Source: Octopus vulgaris
Taxonomy: Eukaryota
Reading direction: 5' to 3'
NCBI GenBank assembly: GCA_951406725.2
Contig: OX597817.1
Span: 31,434,001 to 31,498,000, forward strand
Length of the DNA: 64,000 nucleotides
Under the pieces are notes generated by a model. That model did not search any database, was not told the origin of the DNA, and saw only the letters and a program-made list of their open reading frames with translations. Every line of letters begins with the position of its first letter. Position 1 is the stretch's first letter. Below, piece after piece: positions 54,612-64,000 of the stretch. The position numbers and the translations under genes are program-made.

Positions 54612-54985
54612 TATATTGTATTGGCATCCTTTCTGTCTCGGGAGACAATGGAGTTGCGCATGAAGTAGTCTAGTCCGGCTTTTATATTTCATGTCCTGAT
54701 ACATTTCCCTGCTGTGGCTGTGTAGTCCTATCCTGGACAAACACTCCCTCTGGCAGGTACCGCAAATGTAGCGAAGACTGTTCCTGGCTGGTTGTAGTGC
54801 CATAGTCTCTTGTTTACGTCTCTTCCTTTCTTTCCATTTCTCCTCTCTCTCTCTCTGTCACTCTTTTGTATTCCCTCTTTTACTGTACGTCGCCATTCCC
54901 CACGGTTGCCGGCAACTGCCTCCCAACCGCTAATATTGATGTTGCAGGCCTTCATATCCCTTTTGCAAACATCCTTGCAAACATC
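54612..54985 (-). pseudogene. RTE/BovB-like LINE 3' end
   Basis: KDVCKRDMKACNI..WEAVAGNRGEWRRTVKEG; YICGTCQRECLSRIGLHSH. Confidence 0.88.
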
Positions 54986-55537
54986 CTAACGTATATACAC
55001 AGGGTCAATTCTATTTTAAGAATCTGTGTAACTGGTAAGTGTTGCACCAACAACGGTTCGACTTCAAGGATATTCGAGCTTATAACCTATAACTAGCTGG
55101 ATTCAAGGTATGGTAGTATGATTAAAAAGTTTGTATCGCTATCACATACATCCGACTTCGATTCCACAGTACATCACCTCGAGCAGGTTTCTGTCTCTTT
55201 ATAGCTTTGTGGTATGCTACACACTCTCAAATCTTCCGACGCACCGACTCAGTAGGATCACAAAGAAACTCAAAGACATGTGTTAAATATTTATCCCACA
55301 CATAAATAATTCTTCAGAAAAATTTCTAAATTCTTCTGGAGAGATATAAATTAGATAAATCGATCCCGTAGAGAGTCGTGGACTAAATATTTTTTAAGAC
55401 TTTTTATCCAGTCCAATACCCACTGCAATGAAAATCAACATTACCACTGAGAAAATATATATAAAAAAAAAACAATATTCATAATAAAAACAGAATACTT
55501 GTTTGAAGTAAAATATTCTTCAAGATACTTTTCCCCA

Positions 55538-55597
<60 letters not shown>

Positions 55598-55648
55598 TGT
55601 AGAGGTAGGTACGTACATATATGTTTATATATATGCATATATTTTATT

Positions 55649-55695
<47 letters not shown>

Positions 55696-56610
55696 ACAAT
55701 CAGATTCTAAATAATTAGGTTAATTCACTTGTGTATATCCAATGCTTTGCTTATGTTAGAGGAAGAATTCTCTACTACCCTTTTCTTTTATTCGCTTCTT
55801 CACTTTTCTATTATATAAGAGATGAAATGTAATAAACTGCGAAACAGCGTTGGCCATAATAGTCATTGAAGTAAAGAGATATTTTCTGAACAAAAGTTAT
55901 TTACATCATATACGTATATTAACCTACCCACGCATACATATCGGTGCGTGTAAGTGTGTATGTCTAGCGTGTTCAGATACACAGATGCAACATACACATA
56001 CATATAGGCATAACATGAATATATATAAATACATGCATATACACATACATACATGTGTATTCAGAGAGAGAGAGAGCAATTTGTGTGTATGTGAGTGGAT
56101 GCCGTATTGCCGAACGATGAACATAAGGTAGGACAATTGCTTTGCTGATAATACCTACAGAAGCTGAAGTACTTAACCAGAACTGTGTTTTTTCTTTCTT
56201 TCTTTTCTTTTTCTTTTCCTGTTTTTTTTTTTTTTTTTTTGTATTCAAACAATCAGATTGGTTTTGTTTGGCGAGAAGGCAGTTCTTGCCATGTTAATTC
56301 CTAAGATTATCACTTGCTCTGATTTGGAATAGGTACTAGTTGTCAACAAGCGATTGGTCAAACTTCTCCGAAGTGGAGGTAGCTTAAATAAATCAAGAAT
56401 TTATCTGTAATGTGTATATATTGAGAGTAGCTATATCAAACTCCATTCTTCACCAAGTGCCACATATTAGACGAGGTTCTTCGCAATAACAATGTAGCAC
56501 AAAACGGCGGTGCATCAGCATGGCTGCAGCTCTGAGCTGAGACCAAAGAAATAAAAAAAAAATACATGTATGTACGTAAGTAGTAGTAGTAGTAGTAGTG
56601 GTAGTAGTAG

Positions 56611-57129
56611 GGATCTTTTCAAATTTGTGGCCAGGACCCCAGATCTTTCTAGTTAACTAAATAATTTGAAACTTTGTGTACTCATAGAGTGGAACTAGTT
56701 TATTCGCCAGTTGGAACTAGTTTATTTGAGAAAAATCTATTTTATGACTTTAATCGTAGATTAAAACTGCGAATTTTAACCAATGAGATTGCTTGTTTTC
56801 ATATCTAAAACGTTACTGCGATCTGTTAGTGTGACGTTGAAAGCAGTTTTGTGACGTCTGCTATTTCTAAAAAGCTTTGTTTGTGGTAAAGTAATTTTTT
56901 TTACTTTACCATATTTTTATAAATTATATCGGAGAATCCATATTTTTATAACATATATCGGAGAATCCATGTGATTTTTCGTTGTTTTTCTCTTATACGT
57001 ATGTGAATTATTTCTGAGTATGCATTGTCTGGGAGACTTTTTCTTGCAGTTGAGAAATTTTTGGCTGCTATTTCTAAAAAGCTCGGTGTGTGGTTAAGTA
57101 ATTTTTTTACTTTACCATATTTTTATAAA

Positions 57130-57180
<51 letters not shown>

Positions 57181-57805
57181 TTACTCGGTGTATGTGTATA
57201 TGTATGTCTGCATGTGTGTGTGTATGTATGTGTGTGTGTGTGTGTGTGTAAGTATGTGTAAAAAATTACATTGAATCGGCCATACATACATACATACATA
57301 CACATACACAGATACATACACACATACATTCAGGCATATACATACACCGAGTAAAAAATTTCAGTTATCTCTCTCTTTCACACATTACTCTCTCTGTCTC
57401 TTCACACACACTAACAGAAGCACTTCACTTACACAACATACTGTCTCCCACACCCCATCAAACACACACACACATGTACATCAATGCTTCCCCTAGACGG
57501 TAACTTCAAAGACAAACTTTTGTTATTAGAAGGTGGCTGACTATAGCTTGTTTACATTTAAGATGTTTAATACGTCACGAAATTGGTGGTCGAGACGGAG
57601 TAAATAAAATAAAGCCGAATGACGGAATATCATTGGTTAAAATTCTAATTATTAAACAACGTTAAACTTAGAAGTTACAATTCCGTTTTCATTCTGGTTT
57701 ACAATTAAGTTTACTTTTGACACATTCTACCAGTATACGAAGTTTCAAATTGTTTGGTTCAGTAGGAAAAATTTGAAAAAACTGGCTTCAGAATAGAAAA
57801 GATCC
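56611..57805. mobile_element. GGATC-ended TIR element inserted in (TAG)n
   Basis: Same arms as 29548-30717 in the opposite orientation; AGTAGTAG on both sides. Confidence 0.9.
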
Positions 57806-57874
<69 letters not shown>

Positions 57875-58372
57875 TAGCGAGACGATGTGGACAAAACAAA
57901 GAGAAAAAAATGACAGAGGAGGAAATACCCTCGGCCGCCGTGTTTTACCAATTCGTAACCGTTTTACCACTAGAAACACTAATCGTTCGTGAATCGTTCG
58001 TCCGGAAATTACAAGAAATTATTAATAAGGTATAAAGCAGAACACACTGCGAAATTTTGCGATTAGAATGAAACACATGGAGAAATACAGAGTATGTGAC
58101 GAAACATCGATGCGAGTTATCTCGCTTGTCTATGATAAGGATATATTCTCAAGGATATATCTTCTAACCTAGCCACGAACTAGCAAAAAAAAAATACCTT
58201 GTGTATGTGTGTTCGATATTGTTTATATCCCTCGAACTGTTTTTAATCATAATTCATATAAGAATATATATAGATAATTTTTAAAAAAACCGAGAAAAAA
58301 CAATAAAAAGAAACAATGTGAGGACGTGGTACATGTAAAGTATTAGTAAGACTCTCAGAGGAGGAAAGAAAG

Positions 58373-58476
<104 letters not shown>

Positions 58477-58526
58477 AAAAAGAAAATGGAGATTGGGAAG
58501 TTAATAATTATTTATTATTAACATAT

Positions 58527-58937
58527 AGGCGCAGGAATGGCTGTGTGGTAAGTAGCTTGTTTACCAACCACATGGTTCCGGGTTCAGTTCCACTGCGTGG
58601 CATCTTGGGCAAGTGTCTTCTACTATAGCCTCGGGCCGACCAAAGCCTTGTGAGTGGATTTGGTAGACGGAAACTGAAAGAAGCCCGTCGTACATATATA
58701 TATATATGTATGTGTGTGTGTTTGTGTGTCTGTGCTTGTCGCCCTAGCATTGCTTGACAACCGATGCTGGTGTGTTTATGTCCCCGTCACTTAGCGGTTC
58801 GGCAAAATAGACCGATAGAATAAGTACTGGATTACAAAGAATAAGTCCCGGGGTCGAGTTGCTCGATTAAAGGTGGTGCTCCAGCATGGCCGCAGTCAAA
58901 TGACTGAAACAAGTAAAAGAGTAAAAGAGTAAGAGTA
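58527..58937 (+). mobile_element. SINE-B inserted just downstream of a minus-strand hammerhead
   Basis: Full family sequence. Confidence 0.93.
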
Positions 58938-58955
58938 ACAACAAATCAAACATCA

Positions 58956-59040
58956 TTCCTTACAGCTGTTTCAATAAAGACTCAGTGAATTAATTAAATA
59001 TTAAATTCATAAGCCCTGACCATAATATCTTCAGAGGGAA
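58956..59040 (-). ncRNA. Type I hammerhead candidate with long stem II
   Basis: Minus strand TTCCCT-CTGAAGA-(long AT-rich stem AGGGCTTA/TGAGTCTT, TGAATT/AATTCA)-GAAA-CAGCTG-TA-AGGAA; base of stem II frayed. Confidence 0.65.
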
Positions 59041-59230
59041 AAAATATATTCTTGGATGTTTTATATATATGTTAATGTATTCATTATATCAGACTGAATG
59101 ATACTGTTTATGAATATAGACGATATGTTTTTATATAAATACCTATTATTTTAAGGAAATCAATTCCCCCAAAATGTCAGGTATTGAACCAGTATTCCTT
59201 GGATGACACCATCCCTTCATGAAACTAACG

Positions 59231-59861
59231 GGATCTTTTCCTTTTGATGGACGGAATTTTCTAGTTAACTAAACAATTTGAAACTTCGTATACTGGTAGA
59301 ATGTGTCAAAAGAAAACATTGATTTCACTTAGCTTTTTTGAGAAAATTGTATTTTGTAAGTTTTACGTAGTTTAATTCTTCGAATTTTAACCAATCGTAT
59401 TCTCTGTTTTGAGCTGTTTAACCAATCGTATTCTCTGTTTTGAGCTGAAATCATTTCTGCGTCTAAACATACTGTTACTGTGACGTAAACAGCTATTTTG
59501 TGACGTAGTTAACGTAAAGGCGGCTATTGCTCTCTAATAATCGCTTGCTTTTTATTTACTTAATGCATTCTTCATCTCGGCATACTGGGCAGAGATCGCT
59601 TAGCTGTGACGTACTACGTCACAAAATAGCTGTCTACGTCACAGTAACAGTATGTTTAGACGCAGCAAATGATTTCAGCTCAAAACAGAGAATACGATTG
59701 GTTAAAATTCGAAGACTCAAACTACGTAAAACTTACAAAATACAATTTTCTGAAAAAAGCCAAGTGAAATTAATGTTTTCTTTTGACACATTCTACCAGT
59801 ATATGAAGTTTCAAATTGTTTAGTTAACTAGAAAATTCCGTCCATCAAAAGGAAAAGATCC
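59231..59861. mobile_element. Fold-back GGATC-ended MITE (arms about 250-280 bp)
   Basis: Near-perfect inverted arms; exact 8-bp TSD AACTAACG (59223-59230 and 59862-59869). Confidence 0.95.
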
Positions 59862-60487
59862 AACTAACGTAACCTCGAATTGAATTTATGTGTGTGCGCG
59901 TGAGTATGTCTGTGTGTGTGTGTACATGTATGTGTATATCTCTATGTATATATACGCATACACATGTACACAAGTATACAAAGGGGTTATTTTTTTTAGC
60001 AAACAAGAGAAAAATACTCAATACATATTGTAGACTATAGCTATTTATTTCAAGCGATTTGTGCCTCTTGTGTTGCCATTCATAGTTTACGGGCTTCACG
60101 TAGCACGGGAAACTCCGAGTAACAACTCAAGGAAATCTAGCTTAGAAAATACAAATAATTTCATTTTGATTCCACTTTTCTCGTCTCTAGATATTAAATC
60201 TAGATAATCTGTCAATTACATATAAGAGCTATAGATATACTCCGTGTACTGAAAAGCATTGAAAGAAACCACTGTTAAGGCAGCCACAATTCATATAGAT
60301 ATTTTACACACACACACACACACACACTTGTTCTGGTATATGGCTTATTATAAAGTCTGTTTTTAACTATACACATCTGCGAGTAGATTTTACAGAATGC
60401 TATGCTTCATTAAGTTCACGTTACTGGTAGCATTTGTTTTTGATTCTTCAAATTGTCAACTCATTTGAAGAATGTAAGAAGTTGATG

Positions 60488-60554
60488 TATAATAATAATA
60501 ATAATACTGATGATGATGATGACGACGACGACGATGATGATGATGATGATGATG

Positions 60555-60605
<51 letters not shown>

Positions 60606-60694
60606 GCTATTGCCCGCTCTCACTGAATCTACTAGAACAAACAAGATCGAGCGTTCTGAGAAGTATAATAATAATAATAATAATAATAGTAGTA

Positions 60695-60764
<70 letters not shown>

Positions 60765-60789
60765 TAACAATAACAACAACAACAACACC

Positions 60790-60833
<44 letters not shown>

Positions 60834-60850
60834 GTATAAATAATTATAAT
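60488..60850. repeat. (TAA/TGA)n microsatellite with a 58-bp insert
   Basis: Trinucleotide runs; insert at 60606-60664. Confidence 0.95.
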
Positions 60851-61662
60851 ATTGTAGTTTGATTTAATTACCAATACGGCCAGATAAGATCTGAGTTAAT
60901 TAAAACAATGACAGAACACCAGTTGTTATAGAGATTCTGCTAAATATAAAATATAAATAAATACGTACATAAATAAGTAAATTTAAGTAGCCTACACATC
61001 TTCAAATGCTTTTAATAGTTTTTTTTTTTTTTCAATTTCTATACGGGCATTGTTTTTTCATTGAGTTTTTCTTATCTACACTTGATCGTTGGAGAATGTT
61101 TTTTGGTGTTTTTTTTTTTAACTTTATAAAGCCATAAAGCCAATTATTATCCAAAAGAGTAAAAGATTTTCGTTTAGACAAATAAAGATATAATTACATG
61201 CACTTGTGTTAAATAAGTAGGAAGCGAGACCTGTAAGTTAATATTAGTGTGGCCTGGGGCCACGAGTTTGAGATTTCTTTAGATTATTTTTCTCCCTTTT
61301 TTTTTTAACACTATATTTGATCTGCTTTCTGTTTTAGTGACTGCACACAGACTGAATATATTATAATTCCATTTACACCCAAGAATGCTTCATAGAAATA
61401 GTTAACCGCTTCAGTGTTTAATTGTACTTTATTTTATCGAACCCGGAGGGATAAAAGACGAAGTTGAGCTCAGAAGGAAACTACATTGATTTCAAATTTT
61501 GGGACAAGGTCGGTTATATCTACAGATATTGAGGCACAGGCAAGGATCTCTATGGCTAAGACGCGATCGTGAATGCAACATCCTATCAACTAGGACATGT
61601 ACCTTCATGCACGTGCGCGCACTCATACACACACACACACATATACATACATACACACACAA

Positions 61663-61694
<32 letters not shown>

Positions 61695-61760
61695 GTTATA
61701 TATATATATATGTTATAAGGATTTGCATTGGGACTCCTTTCATCGAAAACCGGTGATTGT

Positions 61761-61805
61761 CGTACGCCGACGACAGGTCAATACCTAGAAACTGCAGTCC
61801 GTGCG
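61761..61805 (+). ncRNA. Minimal type I hammerhead candidate with CCGACGA core, in cassette 61711-61972
   Basis: CGTACG-CCGACGA-C-AGGT(CAAT)ACCT-A-GAAA-CTGCAG-TC-CGTGCG; 6-bp stem I; GUC triplet. Confidence 0.75.
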
Positions 61806-61970
61806 TATCACTTTGGTTGACGAGGTAGGGATGACCTCCCTTTGCAAATACCATAAGTGCACAGGATGTGTGCCTAAAGCAAGCTGGAGACGATGTTCTC
61901 CTGGGGCTACAAGCTACAGTAACACCCAGCCTTAGTGGTTAGCCATATTGAGATGGCTGGTATACCTCAC

Positions 61971-62050
<80 letters not shown>

Positions 62051-62051
<1 letters not shown>

Positions 62052-62279
62052 GAAAGAATGGAGTTGAACGACGATTTAACAAAATTCCTTTATTCTCGAC
62101 ATATGTTTCGAAGGCTGCATATTCCTAATTTCGAAGGAATAAGGGTTGCATTGTTTTTCCTGATGAGAAGGCGGCATAATGCACCCCTTATTCCTTCGAA
62201 ATTAGGAATATGCAGCCTTCGAAACATATGTCGAGAATAAAGGAATTTTGTTAAATCGTCGTTCAACTCCATTCTTTCA
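62051..62279. repeat. Near-perfect inverted repeat (arms about 100 bp) of a Penelope-like cassette 62048-62440
   Basis: 62051-62152 is the reverse complement of 62179-62279. Confidence 0.95.
62155..62237 (+). ncRNA. Type I hammerhead ribozyme candidate with canonical core
   Basis: TTTTC-CTGATGA-GAAGGC..GCCTTC-GAAA-CATATG-TC-GAGAA; predicted cleavage after 62232; AATAAA at 62236. Confidence 0.88.
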
Positions 62280-62437
62280 CTTATTTGTATTAAAAAAACA
62301 CACAAATATCCACACGAAAGCACGTGATCTCTGCCCTTGGCATGTAGCTTCAACCGTGTTTTTCTGACGTGAATTTGCTACCCAGGTACCGGTTAACCGA
62401 ATTTTCCATACTAAGATAATTCATTCAACTACTTAAA

Positions 62438-62481
<44 letters not shown>

Positions 62482-62789
62482 ATAAAATGGGACAACAAAA
62501 CATCCAGATAGACGATACAAAGAAAACAAGGACGGGTCATTCAAAGTTTTCTTTCCTCAGTGATGTACCAGCGGTGCTCCAGCGAAATGACTGAAACAAG
62601 TAAAAGAATAAAAGAATATTTATATAGAAACATTGTTGTTCTTAAATCTCTCAACGAGAGATATTCAGTAGCAGCACTTTAAAGTGGCGATTTTTTAACA
62701 ACCTAATGTGGCAGTCCCATTTTTGGGGCGAAAGCTGCTGTTGTTTAGCCCCAGAAGATATCGTCTCCAGCAGGCTATACGTTTCTATA

Positions 62790-62990
62790 AAGTTAATCCA
62801 AACAAGAAAACACAGAAAAACACAACAACGCGAGGACGTGGAACAAATATAGTATTATTGGACGCTCAGGAGAGAAGGGAAGAAGTAGGGTTTAACGTTT
62901 CGAGCGGAGCTCTTCGTTGGAAACATAGGAAAGATCCCGAGAAGGGAAGACAGAGGAAAAAAATCGCCAACTTTACACACGAGGTCACAA
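62790..62990 (-). mobile_element. Penelope-like terminal repeat fragment
   Basis: Minus strand CGAAGAGCTCCGCTCGAAACGTT, related to the 13.9 kb and 46 kb motif. Confidence 0.5.
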
Positions 62991-63065
62991 TGTATAAATT
63001 GTGTGTGTATGTGTGTTGTCTCTCAGACTCCATGATTTCGCGGTCTCGCAAGAGACCGATGGAAT

Positions 63066-63467
63066 TACTCATTTACTCTTTTACTTGTTTTAGTCATTTG
63101 ACTGTGGCTATGCTGGAACATCGCCTTTAGTCGAGCGTATCGACCCCAAGACTTATTCTTTGTAAGCCTAGTACTTATTCTATCGTCTCTTTTGTTGAAC
63201 CGCTAAGTTACGGGGACGTAAGCACACCAGATGCGGGGACAAACACAGATGCACAAACATACACACACACATATATATATTTATATATATATATATACAT
63301 ATATATACGACGGGCTTCTTTCAGTTTCCGTCTACCAAATCCACTCACAAGACTTTGGTCAGCCCGAGGCTATAACAGAAGACACTTGCCCAAGGTGCCA
63401 CGCAGTGGGACTGAACCCAGAACCATGTGGCTGGTAAGTAAGCTACTTACCACACAGCCACTCCTGC
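63066..63467 (-). mobile_element. SINE-B with internal deletion
   Basis: Family sequence. Confidence 0.9.
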
Positions 63468-64000
63468 ATATATGTACAAGGGTCGATTCGTTCGACTAAA
63501 ATTCTTGAAGAGACACTCCAGCTTGGCCGCACTGTAATGACTGAAACAAGTAAAATATAAAAGAGAAAATTGTTATTGAAACCATTCTACGAAGGTCTCG
63601 AAACAGTCGCTCGCCCAGTCAAAGAGAGAGAGAAGTCTAATTCCTTTCAACTCGCACCCTGCCGTCTTGGAGAAATACATTAACCGATACACGTGATATA
63701 CAAAAGAAAAAGGAATGGTCGTGGCTGGAACAGCTTTAATCATAGATTTATACATCAAGTTTGACCAGAAGCTAAATGTACCAACAAGCAAATAAACAAA
63801 AGAATAAATAAATAGGTAAATAAATAAAGTTGTTTATGTCCTGTTCATTGTATTTAATGGTCGACTCGGCAGCAGTGCCGGAAATGAATAGAATTGTATA
63901 TTTAGGTGTGACAGAATGCTGACCACCAACAAGCATACATTTTTTTATTCTTCTCAACCCAACCAACCCCACTTTCACTCACTCGATCCCTCATCCCTTC

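Overview
Eukaryotic, AT-rich, repeat-saturated intronic or intergenic DNA. The SINE families, microsatellite load and mollusc-type 5S sequence point to an octopus genome, which is an inference. No intact host protein-coding exon is recognisable, and almost all ORFs in the track are microsatellite or SINE artefacts. The window holds dozens of tRNA-derived SINEs in three groups: family A with a Meta-like domain, family B with an internal microsatellite, and family C with interchangeable heads and tails. It also holds LINE remnants (RTE, CR1, R4/Dong-like, an unclassified (TATC)n-associated 3' end), two mariner transposase relics, a Tigger/pogo-like element, four GGATC-ended TIR elements with 8-bp TSDs, and a 5S rRNA pseudogene. 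The most striking signal is at least seven sequence-unrelated type I hammerhead ribozyme folds with short palindromic or near-palindromic stem III. Each lies in a 200-700 bp Penelope-like cassette next to (TA)n, some cassettes are fold-backs, and two have a non-canonical CCGACGA core. A second notable system is SINE-A head-to-tail multimers that share one identical junction. All coordinates and foldings were done by eye.
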